Below are positions 1-10,754 of a stretch of 64,000 nt of DNA, piece after piece. This DNA is from Promethearchaeia archaeon (GTDB lineage Archaea; Asgardarchaeota; Lokiarchaeia; Sigyniarchaeales; SOKP01). Numbering within the stretch: position 1 is the stretch's first letter; every line of letters begins with the position of its first letter. The position numbers were made by a program, and so were the translations under genes. Under the pieces are notes generated by a model. That model was given only the letters and a program-made list of their open reading frames with translations, made no database searches and was not told the origin of the DNA. The stretch spans positions 32,001 to 96,000 of the forward strand of contig JAHQWG010000046.1 of assembly GCA_029856045.1 (NCBI GenBank), written 5' to 3'.

Positions 1-2
1 TT

Positions 3-1517
3 GAACATGGTTTTAAAGTAGGTGATATCGTCGGACTTAATCTAGTGAATACTCCGCAATATGTTATAGCATGGCTTGGAACATTGAAGGCGGGTTGTGT
101 TGTCTCAGGAGTAAGCCCTTTATTATCATCGGAACAGATGGAGTACCAAATTAATGATTTAGGTTCAGCAGGGAATAAAGTTGCATTAGTCACTCTTGAT
201 GCTATTTTTGAACATCGTTTAAAGCCAATTTCTTCTAAACTGCCACAATTGGAATTAGTAATAGCAACAAACGTAGCAGATTTCTTACCAAAAATCAAAC
301 AAGTCTTAGGAAAATTATTGAAAAAGGTTCCAAAAGGTAAGGTGACGCCTCTTGAAGGTAAAAAAGTCATCAATTTTATGGATGTCCTAGATACTTACTC
401 CACAGAATTGCCTGACGTTAAAATAACTCCAGATGACTTAGCTTACATCCAATATACCGGAGGAACTACGGGTCCTCCTAAAGGTGCTATGTTAACTTAT
501 CGTAGCTCTATGGCTGATTTATTAATCGTTCAGCACTGGCTCAACTGGGATGATACGAGAGGTACAGGCATTGCCGTGTCAGGATTCCCTTTCTTTCATA
601 TAGCGGGCTTATTTTTTTGCTTGAATTGCGTCTATCTTGGCTGGACTCAACTATTGATACCAAATCCAAGAGATACAAATCACATATGCAAAGTTATTGA
701 AAAATATAAGCCAACTGCCTATGTAAATGTGCCTTCCTTGTATCAAATTTTATTAAAAAATCCAAAATTTAAACAGTTAGATCATTCAAATTGCGAAGCT
801 TGTATTTCCGCTGCTGCTCCATTTCCAGTTGAAAGCCAAAAAGAATTTGAATCAATAGTTGGGAAAGGTAAATTAATTGAGGCATATGGAATGACAGAAT
901 GCTCGCCTTTAACAACAATGAATCCCTCAAAAGGTAAGAAAAAGTTAGGATCAATTGGTTTACCTTACCAGAATTTGGATCTTAAATTGGTGGATCCATC
1001 TACAGGAAAAGAAGTGCCTTTAGGTGAGCCAGGAGAGATTCTTGTAAAAGGACCTATGGTGATGAAAGGATATTTAAACAAACCTGAAGAAACTAAAAAA
1101 GCAATTGATTCTGATGGGTACATACACACCGGGGATGTTGCAGTCTTCGATGAAGAGGGATATCTAAGGATTGTGGACAGAACTAAAGACATGATAATTG
1201 TAGGTGGGTTTAAAGTATTTAGTACTAAGTTAGAGGATACATTGATGAAACATCCAGCTATTGGAATGATCGCTACGATTGGTATTCCGAATCCTGAACG
1301 ACCAGGTTCCGAATTAGTTAAAGCCTATATACAACTTGACCCTGATTATCCATATGATGGCAATGAAGAAAAATTAAAGGAAGATATTACCAAATTTGCG
1401 AAGGAAAAATGTGCCCCTTATGAAGTCCCAAAAATTATAGAAATCTCCGAGGAATTGCCACTTACAGTTATTGGTAAGGTAGATAAAAAGCGATTGCGAA
1501 AAGAAGTAAAAGGATAA
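3..1517 (+). CDS. Long-chain fatty acid--CoA ligase (AMP-forming), 5'-truncated by the window edge
   Basis: YTGGTTGPPKG and YGMTE motifs, TGD, DRTKDMIIVGG, terminal GKVDKK. The frame is open upstream of 45 to position 3 (EHGFKVGDIVGLNLVNTP), matching the paralog at 2777. Confidence 0.93.
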   Translation, partial: EHGFKVGDIVGLNLVNTPQYVIAWLGTLKAGCVVSGVSPLLSSEQMEYQINDLGSAGNKVALVTLDAIFEHRLKPISSKLPQLELVIATNVADFLPKIKQVLGKLLKKVPKGKVTPLEGKKVINFMDVLDTYSTELPDVKITPDDLAYIQYTGGTTGPPKGAMLTYRSSMADLLIVQHWLNWDDTRGTGIAVSGFPFFHIAGLFFCLNCVYLGWTQLLIPNPRDTNHICKVIEKYKPTAYVNVPSLYQILLKNPKFKQLDHSNCEACISAAAPFPVESQKEFESIVGKGKLIEAYGMTECSPLTTMNPSKGKKKLGSIGLPYQNLDLKLVDPSTGKEVPLGEPGEILVKGPMVMKGYLNKPEETKKAIDSDGYIHTGDVAVFDEEGYLRIVDRTKDMIIVGGFKVFSTKLEDTLMKHPAIGMIATIGIPNPERPGSELVKAYIQLDPDYPYDGNEEKLKEDITKFAKEKCAPYEVPKIIEISEELPLTVIGKVDKKRLRKEVKG

Positions 1518-1628
1518 AAATAAAATATTAAATTATTTTTTCAAATATTCTTTTTTTTATTTTTATTGGTAATTGATTTATACAAATGTATAAACTTGTG
1601 AAAAATGATAGAAACCCATTTTAAAGAG

Positions 1629-2396
1629 TCAAAAATAAATAAATTTACCTAAATCCTCTTCAATTAAATAAATACGATTTTCTTCTCGCGGAAGCTTATT
1701 ATACATCAATCCCAAGGTTGTTAATCCGTGCAAATTCTTAAGCCCCTTTATTTCAGTAATTTGGTTATGGGTTAGTATTATTTCTCTTATGCTCTTGAGC
1801 TCGCTTAACCCTTCCATTTCGGTAATTTGATTGCCTGAAAGATCTAACTCCCATAAATTCTTCAGATTATCAAGCCCTTCAATCTTAGAAATTCGGTTGT
1901 CAGAAAGATTTAACACATCCAGATTTTTTAAAGAGTTCAGTCCCTTAATCTCGGTAATCTGGTTGCCGTCAAGGTATAGGTTCTCCAATTTTCTGAGAGC
2001 GTCAAGCCCTTTAATCTCGGTAATTCGGTTGTTGCCAAGGTTTAAAATCTTTAAATTGGTGAGAGAATCCAGCCCATCAATCTCGGTAATTCTATTTGAG
2101 ACCCACAAATATGTTAAATTTTGAAGGTGTTCCAGCCCCGTGATTCTTGTCACAGGATTGCCCGTTAATCGTAAAGATTTAAGATTTCTTAAAGAATCCA
2201 GCCCCTCAATAACTTTTATCTCATCAGAATTCAACAATAACTCTTCAAGATTTTCTAATTCAGTCAGACCCTTTATCTTCGAGGTGCTCGTAATCCGTTG
2301 ATCCGATATTGCCAATTTGCGACCGTTTTTCTTGGTCATGAATCGTTTTCCATTTACAATAACAAATTGTTCGGAGCTCATGTTTTGCAAATTCAT
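1629..2396 (-). CDS. Leucine-rich repeat protein (SDS22-like 22-aa repeats)
   Basis: About 8 repeats of LxxLxLxxNxITEIxGL. Confidence 0.9.
   Translation of the reverse strand: MNLQNMSSEQFVIVNGKRFMTKKNGRKLAISDQRITSTSKIKGLTELENLEELLLNSDEIKVIEGLDSLRNLKSLRLTGNPVTRITGLEHLQNLTYLWVSNRITEIDGLDSLTNLKILNLGNNRITEIKGLDALRKLENLYLDGNQITEIKGLNSLKNLDVLNLSDNRISKIEGLDNLKNLWELDLSGNQITEMEGLSELKSIREIILTHNQITEIKGLKNLHGLTTLGLMYNKLPREENRIYLIEEDLGKFIYF
1810..2100 (-). repeat. 66-bp-period coding tandem repeat (LRR units)
   Basis: aatctcggtaat-like units recur at about 1816, 1881, 1947, 2013 and 2079. Confidence 0.75.
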
Positions 2397-2776
2397 CTCA
2401 CTATATATATAATATATTATTTCACAAATATAAATAATTTAAGACAGAAAGATTACTGATGTAATATTTATTGAGCCTAGTCTTCGTCTTCGCGTTCGGA
2501 TAAATATAAATACCCTCCAACCCACGGGATATGGAGCATATCGCAAGATTTTTTTCTCTTTTACAATTTTTCAGTCTTTCCTCAATTGTATAATCTTTAT
2601 TAATTAATATCTTTTATGTGTTGTTTGAACACAAGATAGTGAGATTTGGATATTTTAAATGAAATATATCGTGAAAAATTAGTCCTAATATTGCAAATAT
2701 AAAGATTTATAAAATAATTAGATGCAATAATATTATACAAAAATTTAATAAAAAATATTATACAAAAGTGTTAAAG

Positions 2777-4501
2777 ATGTCAGAAACTTATAAATCGAGA
2801 TTTTGGAAGAAAAATTGGGATCCCGGTATGGAAGATATAGACCCCAAAGAATTTGAGACGACTTTTGTTGCTATGATGAAAACAGCATTTGATGATTATC
2901 CAGATAACATTGCTTTAGGGTTTTTGGGAGTAGACATAACTTTCAGAGAGTTGGATAAATATACTAATCAATTTGCCAACATGCTAATTGAGAATGGCTT
3001 TAAAAAAGGTGATGTTGTTGGTATATGTTTACCAAATACACCAGAATATATAATAAGTTTACTTGGAACATTGAAAGCAGGGTGTATCGTTTCTGGAGTA
3101 TCTCCGCTTCTTTCAGCGGCACAAATACAATATCAACTAAATGATTTAGGATCGGGTGGAAAAAAAGTAGCACTTGTCACGCTAGACGCCATATTCGCTG
3201 GGCATATAGTCAAGATTGCCTCAAAAATACCGCAACTGAAATTAATTATAACAACAAGTGTGGCTGGTTTTTTACCAAAAATTAAACAGGTTTTAGGAAA
3301 ATTGCTTGGTAAGGTACCTAAAGGTAAAGTAACTCCTTTACCTGAAAAGATTGTTATTGGTATGCACAAAGATGTTCTAATGAATTATTCTATTGATCCA
3401 ATACATGTTAAATTAACTCCTGATGATATAGGTTGGATTCAATATACAGGTGGGACAACGGGTCCTCCAAAAGGAGCTATTTTAACTCATAGAAATTGCG
3501 CTTCGAATATTTTATGCATTATACGATGGCTAGATTGGGAGTTGGGAAAAGGTGTCCTATTAAGTGGTTTTCCAATGTTCCATATTGCCGGTCTTACAGT
3601 TGCTGAAGGTGCGCTGTGTTATGGTTTTGGTCAAGTATTAATTCCAAATCCAAGAGACACAGATCATATAGTAAAAGAAATGGGTAAGTATAAACCAACC
3701 AACTTAGTAAATGTGCCTTCTTTATTTCAGATGTTAATTAAAAATCCGAAATTTAAAGAAATTGACCATTCAGCTTTAGGAACCTGTATATCTGCCGCTG
3801 CTCCCTTTCCTGCCGCTAGTGCGGAAGAACTAGAAAGCGTCATAGGAAAAGGAAAGCTGCTTGAGCTTTATGGTATGACTGAAACTTCACCAGTTTCAAC
3901 TATGAATCCTTCTAAAGGTAATAAGAAATTGGGGACAGTTGGAATGCCGTTTTTAAATGTAGACTTAAAGCTGGTGGATCCGGCAACTGGAGAGGAAGTT
4001 CCTTTGGGAGAACCTGGCGAAATTTGTGTTAAAGGTCCTTTAGTAATGCAAGGTTATTACAACAAACCAGAAGAGACTAAAAAAGCAATTGACAAAGATC
4101 AATATATGCATACGGGGGATGTTGGATTAATGGATACGGATGGTTATATTAGGATTGTTGATCGTACGAAAGATATGATCATTGTGGGCGGCTTTAAAGT
4201 ATTTTCTAGCAAAGTTGAGGACATATTAGTTAAACATCCAGCAATCAATACTCTTGCGTTAATTGGAATGTCCAATCCGGAGCGACCCGGTTCAGAGATA
4301 GTAAAAGCATTTATTCAACTCAACCCTGATTATACATATGATGGCAATGAAGAAGCATTGAAGGAAGATATTACGAAATTTGCAAAAGAAAAATTAAGTC
4401 CCTATGAGGTCCCAAAAGTTATTGAGATTTCCAAGGAATTACCACTTACAGTTATTGGAAAGGTAGATAAAAAGCGATTGCGAAAAGAAGCAAAAGAATA
4501 G
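2777..4501 (+). CDS. Long-chain fatty acid--CoA ligase
   Basis: YTGGTTGPPKG, LYGMTET, TGD and GKVDKK motifs. ATG 2777 preferred over GTG 2768. Confidence 0.94.
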   Translation: MSETYKSRFWKKNWDPGMEDIDPKEFETTFVAMMKTAFDDYPDNIALGFLGVDITFRELDKYTNQFANMLIENGFKKGDVVGICLPNTPEYIISLLGTLKAGCIVSGVSPLLSAAQIQYQLNDLGSGGKKVALVTLDAIFAGHIVKIASKIPQLKLIITTSVAGFLPKIKQVLGKLLGKVPKGKVTPLPEKIVIGMHKDVLMNYSIDPIHVKLTPDDIGWIQYTGGTTGPPKGAILTHRNCASNILCIIRWLDWELGKGVLLSGFPMFHIAGLTVAEGALCYGFGQVLIPNPRDTDHIVKEMGKYKPTNLVNVPSLFQMLIKNPKFKEIDHSALGTCISAAAPFPAASAEELESVIGKGKLLELYGMTETSPVSTMNPSKGNKKLGTVGMPFLNVDLKLVDPATGEEVPLGEPGEICVKGPLVMQGYYNKPEETKKAIDKDQYMHTGDVGLMDTDGYIRIVDRTKDMIIVGGFKVFSSKVEDILVKHPAINTLALIGMSNPERPGSEIVKAFIQLNPDYTYDGNEEALKEDITKFAKEKLSPYEVPKVIEISKELPLTVIGKVDKKRLRKEAKE

Positions 4502-4578
4502 AAAATATAAAATTTAATTATTTTTCAAAAAATTTTTTTTTTATTATTACCAAATTTTAATCAAAAATAGGTTTCACT

Positions 4579-5463
4579 CTATTTTATTTTCTCCAAGAGG
4601 TTTTCTGTATTGTTATATAAAATATCTTGTTTTTGTTCATTAGAGATTGGTAGAGTTAATATCTTATCGATTTCGATTTGAATTGGGGATGTTATGGGTG
4701 CGTCAGAGCCAAATAGAAGTCGTTTATGACCGACTGTTCGAATTAAACTTAATATTGCAAAACTGACTGAACATGAAGTTTCAAAAAAGATATTTCTATA
4801 TTGTTTTAAGCTTATACCTACATCTATAGCATATTCCATGCAAAATCCGGCATGCCCAACGATAATTCTTAAATTTGGAAATTGTTTTGCAAGTTTTGCC
4901 ATATCCCTAGTGGATATTCCGCTAAAAAAGGGTGTTTTGGGAGTGGAGTGAATATAAAAGATCAATTTTTTATCATATTCTTGCATAAATGAAACTAATT
5001 TAATTATATCTTTAGGGATCTTTATTAAGTGAATACCTGAATGTATTTTTACGCCACAAAACCCTTTTTTAAAATGGTCTTCTAAAATTTTATAATCGGT
5101 GTCTTCTTCTTTAGGTTGAATTTTTGGATTGAACCAAAATACTTTAAAAAATCTCTCTGGAGCTTTCTTAGCAATGTCTATAATATCTTGATGATCTAAT
5201 TGACCTCCCTCTGCAAGACTTTTGCGAAATTCAAGCATCTTCTCGAGTTTTTGTTCTTCATTTAATTCGTTTGATTCACTATCAGCTAATTTTAAGTGAG
5301 CTGTTGGTCTAGCTCTCCTATTAGTTGTTGTGATTAATGCTTTTTCCACTTGAAATCGATCCATATATTCAATTATATCCTTGCTAGGTTTCATAAATGT
5401 TCCGTAGCTATGGAGGTGTGCATCAAATATTTTAAAAGATGTGGGATTTATCAAATAATACAA
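4579..5463 (-). CDS. Amidohydrolase family (Amidohydro_2) metal-dependent hydrolase
   Basis: DAHLH, GVKIH, IIVGHAG and LLFGSDAP motifs. Confidence 0.85.
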   Translation of the reverse strand: MYYLINPTSFKIFDAHLHSYGTFMKPSKDIIEYMDRFQVEKALITTTNRRARPTAHLKLADSESNELNEEQKLEKMLEFRKSLAEGGQLDHQDIIDIAKKAPERFFKVFWFNPKIQPKEEDTDYKILEDHFKKGFCGVKIHSGIHLIKIPKDIIKLVSFMQEYDKKLIFYIHSTPKTPFFSGISTRDMAKLAKQFPNLRIIVGHAGFCMEYAIDVGISLKQYRNIFFETSCSVSFAILSLIRTVGHKRLLFGSDAPITSPIQIEIDKILTLPISNEQKQDILYNNTENLLEKIK

Positions 5464-5611
5464 CTTTTTTCTTAGATGGTATTATTTCTTAAAAATTAGC
5501 CTAGTTAATTAAATTTTTTGAACAATTAAGGAGATTTGAAAATTTAAGTTTTAATTAATTTTTTTTATTAATAAGTTTTTTATTTTAAATAGAAATTAAT
5601 CAGTGAAAAGT

Positions 5612-6592
5612 ATGAATGACGTTAAGTATAAGATAATCGATTCTTTGTGTTATGTCCCAACTGAAGAAGTTTTTGTTGATCTTTTAGTGTCATTGCCACC
5701 TCAGATGGCAAGATATTTAAGAGATGTTTTTGGTCCAAGGGTTGCTCCTTTGTTGGGTATTTCAGCTGAAGAACTCTACAATTTGAAGACATCAAAGAAT
5801 GCATTTGAACTTAAAAACGCCCTTAAGCCTTATTTACCGAAAATAAGGAAATTAACTTCAACTTTAAATGATTTTGTCGTGCAGCTCGATAAAATGGGAG
5901 TTGAAAAAGCGGTTATTTTTAATCTAGATGAAGAAACACCAAGTGGAATTGCTGGTCTTCCTAATGATTATTATGCTGGGATTGTTAAAGAGTATCCAAA
6001 TAAATTCATTGGATTTGCTGGTATTGATCCTTTAAAAGGAATGGATGCTGTAAGAGAGATTAAAAGATCTTATGATTTGGGTCTTAGAGGTGTGGCTGTT
6101 CGGCCATTTATGTTCCAAATACCACCGACTCATGCGAAAATGTATCCAATTTATTCTACATGCGTAGAGCTTGATATACCTATTTGGTTTCATCTTTCTA
6201 TAAATTTTTCGACTAATTCGATGGAAGTTGAGAGACCAATCTATTTAGATATAGTTTGTCAGGATTTTCCTGAATTAAAAATTATTGCAGGACATGGTGG
6301 TTGGCCTTGGGTGAATGAACTGGTTGCCGTTGCATGGCGCAATCCAAATATGTATATTGACATTGCTTCTTACGTTCCTAAGTATCTAGGAATGAAAGGG
6401 ACGGGATGGGAACCACTTATTAATTTAGGAAATTCAATTCTACAAGATAAAATTTTGTTTGGTTCAACTTGGCTTTTTATGGGCTTATCAATTAAACAGT
6501 TAGCGGATGGTGTTATGGAATTACCTCTAAAGGAAGAGGTTAAAAAGAAATGGTTATATAGCAATGCTGCGAAACTTTTAGGCATTGAGTAA
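5612..6592 (+). CDS. Amidohydrolase family (Amidohydro_2) protein
   Basis: FIGFAGIDP, IIAGHGGWPW, ILFGSTW, NAAKLL. Start is ATG 5612 or GTG 5603. Confidence 0.85.
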   Translation: MNDVKYKIIDSLCYVPTEEVFVDLLVSLPPQMARYLRDVFGPRVAPLLGISAEELYNLKTSKNAFELKNALKPYLPKIRKLTSTLNDFVVQLDKMGVEKAVIFNLDEETPSGIAGLPNDYYAGIVKEYPNKFIGFAGIDPLKGMDAVREIKRSYDLGLRGVAVRPFMFQIPPTHAKMYPIYSTCVELDIPIWFHLSINFSTNSMEVERPIYLDIVCQDFPELKIIAGHGGWPWVNELVAVAWRNPNMYIDIASYVPKYLGMKGTGWEPLINLGNSILQDKILFGSTWLFMGLSIKQLADGVMELPLKEEVKKKWLYSNAAKLLGIE

Positions 6593-6659
6593 TAGATTCT
6601 TTTAAAATTTTTTTAAAAAAATAAAAATTAATAATAAAAAAATCAATTTAGAGTTTATT

Positions 6660-8693
6660 TTATACTAGGTATTCTATTTCGGTTTGAACACGAATATCTC
6701 TAGATGAGCTTCCAACAAGAATTTTAAATATTCCCCCCTCTGCTTTCCACGAGTTGTTTATCTCGTCAAAAAAAGAAAGATCTTTCTTTTCTAGTACAAA
6801 TATAACTGTCTGTTTTTCACCTGCCTCCAGTTGAATTTTCTTAAACCCTTTTAATTCTTTTAACGGTCTTTCTACACTACACTCAACATCTTGAACATAT
6901 AATTGAACAACTTCTGCTCCAGCGCGATCACCCGAGTTAGTAATATCGACTAATACCGTAAATTTTTCATCTCCTGATACTGTTTCTTTGCTGATCTTAA
7001 GATTCTCATAGCTAAAAGTTGTATATGATAAACCATGACCAAAAGGAAAGAGGGGATCAATCTTTTTTGTGTCAAAATGTCGGTATCCAACAAAAATACC
7101 TTCATCATAATAAACTTTTTCATTGCCAGGATAAGTTCTTTTTGAAACATGTGCTGGTGAATCTGAAAGTTTTTTTGGGAATGTTATTGGAAGTTTTCCT
7201 GATGGATTAATGTCTCCAAATATGATATCTGCGATAGCATTTCCTGCTTCTTGTCCTGCATACCAAGCTTCAACAACGGCAGGTACATTTTCTATCCAGC
7301 CATCCATAGCGATAGGGCTACCATTGATTAGAAAAACTATTGTTTTGGGATTTTCTTGAGCAGTCTTGTTAATAAGTTCAATTTGCTCAGGAGAGAGTTC
7401 AAGCTTAATTTTGTCCTTACCTTCTCTATCTCCATATTTTTTATGATTGAGTCCCGCAAAAACAATGGCTACATCTGCCTCTGATGGTAGATCTATAATT
7501 TCCACTTTATTACTACATTTTTCCTTCAGTCCTTGAAACGGTGTGATTTCATAAAATGTTCGAATCATTGAACTACCGCCTCCAAAAGCCATTTTCTTAT
7601 CTGCATTAGGTCCTAGAACAGCCAATTTTTTGATTTTCTCGATATCTAAGGGCAATAGATTTTCTTTGTTCTTTAGAAGCACTATTCCTTCTTCAGATAT
7701 TTTTCGGGCTACAATCTGATGTTCAGGGGTATTTCTACTGCCCGGTGGGATTAAACTCTCATCATCAAGAAGACCGGTAAGAAACATTACTCTTAATAAT
7801 CTTTTCACATTCTCATCAAGTGAATCTTCCATAAAATTTCCTGCTATAAGCGCCTCTCTTAATCTTTTTACCTTATATTTGATGGGGTATGGCATCTCGA
7901 GTGTCATCCCAGCGTTTATACAACTTTCGGTTTTTAAAATATGTCTAGTTGCAAGCCAGTCACTTACTACAAAACCTCTAAAACCCCATTCTTCCATCAG
8001 CCTTTCTTTTAATATGTTTTTATTTTCGCAGCCAAATATACCATTAACTTTGTTATAGCAAGCCATAATAGACCATACATCCGCTTCCCGAACAACAGCC
8101 TCAAATCCGGGAAGATATATCTCTTGAAGCGCCCTTTCACTTACTTCAGCACTGACTTTAAATCTATTTAATTCTTGATTATTACATACATAATGTTTCA
8201 CACATGCCGCAATTCTCTGACTTTGAATTCCTTTAACAACGGGAACGGCCGTTTTTATGTTTAAATGAGGATCTTCTGTTTGATATTCAAAAGTTCTTCC
8301 ATTGAGCGGAGTTCTATCAATATTTATACCTGGGGCAAGGAGCATATGATATCCGACATCTCTTACTTCTTGCGCTATAGCTACTCCGAATTGCTCAGAT
8401 AACTCTGGGTTCCAAGTGGCAGTCCTACAAATAGCAGTAGGGAAGTAAGTAGTTTTTTTTATAAAAAAAGTCCCTAAAGCTCCCACACCATGGGGTCCAT
8501 CAGTCATTTTGAATTTTGGGAGATTTAATCTTTTTATTCGTTTAGTAAAAAAAAGTCTTGTTCCAGAACATATCTTGAACTTTTCTTCTAAAGTTAATCG
8601 TCCTAAAAGATCTTCCACTCTTTTTTCCAGATCCAGGTTGCTATCCATAAATGGTAGTTTTGCAATATCTTCCTTAAATAAATCTTTATCCAT
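6660..8693 (-). CDS. Glycoside hydrolase family 3 beta-glucosidase (copy 2)
   Basis: TDGPHG, GRTFEY, CVKHY, VVSDW nucleophile, PSGKLPITFP, C-terminal Fn3-like domain. An AGGTGA SD precedes ATG 8693. Confidence 0.95.
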   Translation of the reverse strand: MDKDLFKEDIAKLPFMDSNLDLEKRVEDLLGRLTLEEKFKICSGTRLFFTKRIKRLNLPKFKMTDGPHGVGALGTFFIKKTTYFPTAICRTATWNPELSEQFGVAIAQEVRDVGYHMLLAPGINIDRTPLNGRTFEYQTEDPHLNIKTAVPVVKGIQSQRIAACVKHYVCNNQELNRFKVSAEVSERALQEIYLPGFEAVVREADVWSIMACYNKVNGIFGCENKNILKERLMEEWGFRGFVVSDWLATRHILKTESCINAGMTLEMPYPIKYKVKRLREALIAGNFMEDSLDENVKRLLRVMFLTGLLDDESLIPPGSRNTPEHQIVARKISEEGIVLLKNKENLLPLDIEKIKKLAVLGPNADKKMAFGGGSSMIRTFYEITPFQGLKEKCSNKVEIIDLPSEADVAIVFAGLNHKKYGDREGKDKIKLELSPEQIELINKTAQENPKTIVFLINGSPIAMDGWIENVPAVVEAWYAGQEAGNAIADIIFGDINPSGKLPITFPKKLSDSPAHVSKRTYPGNEKVYYDEGIFVGYRHFDTKKIDPLFPFGHGLSYTTFSYENLKISKETVSGDEKFTVLVDITNSGDRAGAEVVQLYVQDVECSVERPLKELKGFKKIQLEAGEKQTVIFVLEKKDLSFFDEINNSWKAEGGIFKILVGSSSRDIRVQTEIEYLV

Positions 8694-8723
8694 ATTTATT
8701 TTCACCTAAATTTAAGATTTCAT

Positions 8724-10754
8724 TTAATCTTTATATTCAATTTCTCCTTTTTGATGAATATTTCTTGACGAACTTCCAATGAGAATGTTAAAAAATCCCT
8801 TCTCAACTGTCCAGCAGGAAGTTTTTTCATTAAAAAAGGAGAGATCGCTTTTTTCTATTTCAAATTCAATGGTCTTTTTTTCGCTAGAGTTCAATTGAAC
8901 CTTTTTAAAACCTTTTAGTTCTTTTAATGACCTTTCTACACTGCACTCAACATCTTGAACATATAATTGGACAACTTCTGCTCCGGTGCGATTACCAGAG
9001 TTTGTGATATCGACTGACACGGTGAATTTATCATCTCCGGATATCGTTTTCTTGTCGATTTTAAGATTATCATATGCAAAAGTAGTATAGGATAAACCAT
9101 AACCAAAAGGAAAGAGAGGTTCAATATTCTTCGTATCAAAATGGCGATATCCAACAAAAATACCTTCATCATAATAAACTTTTTCATTACCGGGATAAGT
9201 TCTTGTTGATACATGCGCTGGCGAATCTGATAATTTCTTAGGAAATGTTATTGGTAATTTTCCTGAGGGGTTTACATCTCCAAAAAGAATATTTGCAATA
9301 GCGTTTCCTGCTTCCTGTCCAGCATACCAGGCTTCAATAACTGCAGGTATATTTTCTATCCAACCAACCATATTAACAGGGCTGCCACTAATAAGAACAA
9401 CTATTGTTTTGGGATTTTCTTGCACAGTTTTTTTAATCAATTCAATTTGTTCTGAAGGAAGATCAAATGAATCCCTATCAAAATGTTCGCTATCCATCCC
9501 TTCTTCATGATTAAGTCCAGCAAAAACAATAACTAAATCCGCTTCTGATGGTGAATTAATTATATCAACCTTATCTCTACATTTATTTTTCAATCCCTGA
9601 AGAGGCGTAATTTCATAAGGGGGTCGAATCTGTGAGCTGCCACCACCCTCTGCCATTTCTTTATCTGCATTTGGTCCGATTACTGCAATTTTTTTGAGTG
9701 TGTTTATATTTAAAGGAAGCAGATTATCTTTATTTTTTAAAAGAACAATTCCCTCTTCAGCTATTTTACGAGATATAGTTTGATGTTCGGGAGTATTTCT
9801 ACTACCCGGTGGGATTAAACTCTCATCATCAAGAAGACTGGTAAGAAGCATCACACGTAGTAATCTTTTTATGTTCTCATTAAGTGTTTCTTCAGTATAT
9901 TTTCCTTCTAATAAAGCTTGATTTAATTTTTTTTTTTTATATTTTATTTGTACAGGCATCTCGAGAGTTAATCCGGCGTTTATACAGCTTTCAGTGCTCG
10001 TTATTTTAGCTGTTGCGATCCAATCTGAAACAACGAAACCTCTAAAACCCCATTCTTCCATTAACCTTTCTTTTATTAAATTTTTATTTTCACACCCGTA
10101 AATGCCATTAACCTTGTTATAACAACCCATAAAGGACCATGCATCAGCTTCGCGAACCGTCGCCTCAAAAGCAGGAAGATAGATCTCTTGAAGAGCTCTT
10201 TCACTTACTTCAGAACTGACTGTGAATCTATTTATTTCTTGATTATTGCATATATAATGCTTCACACACGCCGCAATTTTCTGACTCTGAACACCTCTTA
10301 CAACGGGAACTGCCATTTTTTTATTAAGATATGGATCTTCAGTTTGATATTCAAAATTTCTTCCACAGAGTGGAGTTCTATGAATATTTACGCCAGGTCC
10401 GAGAATCATATGGTATCCAATTTCTCTTACTTCTTGAGCTAAAGCCACTCCGAATTGTTCAGATAACTCCGGGTTCCAGGTTGCAGCCCTACAAATGGCT
10501 GTAGGGAAATAAGTGCATTCCGCATTATTTGAGCTATGAGGCCCAATACCATGAGGTCCATCTGTCATTTTGAAAGATTTTATTCCAAGTCTCTTTATTG
10601 GTCTAGTAAAAAAATTTTTGGTTCCTGAACAGAGAGAAAATTTTTCTTTCAGTGTCAATCTTCCTAAAAGATCTTCAACTCTTTTTTCTAGATCCAGATT
10701 ACTATCCATAAAAGGCAGTGTTTTCAGTTCATTATTAAGAATTTTCTCATTCAT
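8724..10754 (-). CDS. Glycoside hydrolase family 3 beta-glucosidase (copy 1)
   Basis: Same GH3 motifs (GRNFEY, CVKHY, VVSDW, FPFGYGLSYT). No signal peptide. Confidence 0.95.
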   Translation of the reverse strand: MNEKILNNELKTLPFMDSNLDLEKRVEDLLGRLTLKEKFSLCSGTKNFFTRPIKRLGIKSFKMTDGPHGIGPHSSNNAECTYFPTAICRAATWNPELSEQFGVALAQEVREIGYHMILGPGVNIHRTPLCGRNFEYQTEDPYLNKKMAVPVVRGVQSQKIAACVKHYICNNQEINRFTVSSEVSERALQEIYLPAFEATVREADAWSFMGCYNKVNGIYGCENKNLIKERLMEEWGFRGFVVSDWIATAKITSTESCINAGLTLEMPVQIKYKKKKLNQALLEGKYTEETLNENIKRLLRVMLLTSLLDDESLIPPGSRNTPEHQTISRKIAEEGIVLLKNKDNLLPLNINTLKKIAVIGPNADKEMAEGGGSSQIRPPYEITPLQGLKNKCRDKVDIINSPSEADLVIVFAGLNHEEGMDSEHFDRDSFDLPSEQIELIKKTVQENPKTIVVLISGSPVNMVGWIENIPAVIEAWYAGQEAGNAIANILFGDVNPSGKLPITFPKKLSDSPAHVSTRTYPGNEKVYYDEGIFVGYRHFDTKNIEPLFPFGYGLSYTTFAYDNLKIDKKTISGDDKFTVSVDITNSGNRTGAEVVQLYVQDVECSVERSLKELKGFKKVQLNSSEKKTIEFEIEKSDLSFFNEKTSCWTVEKGFFNILIGSSSRNIHQKGEIEYKD

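Noticed and set aside
2420-2610. GC-richer patch with a ~60-codon minus-strand open frame and a small GATATG/CATATC hairpin
   Set aside because: No start codon near its 5' end and no recognisable homology or RNA fold.
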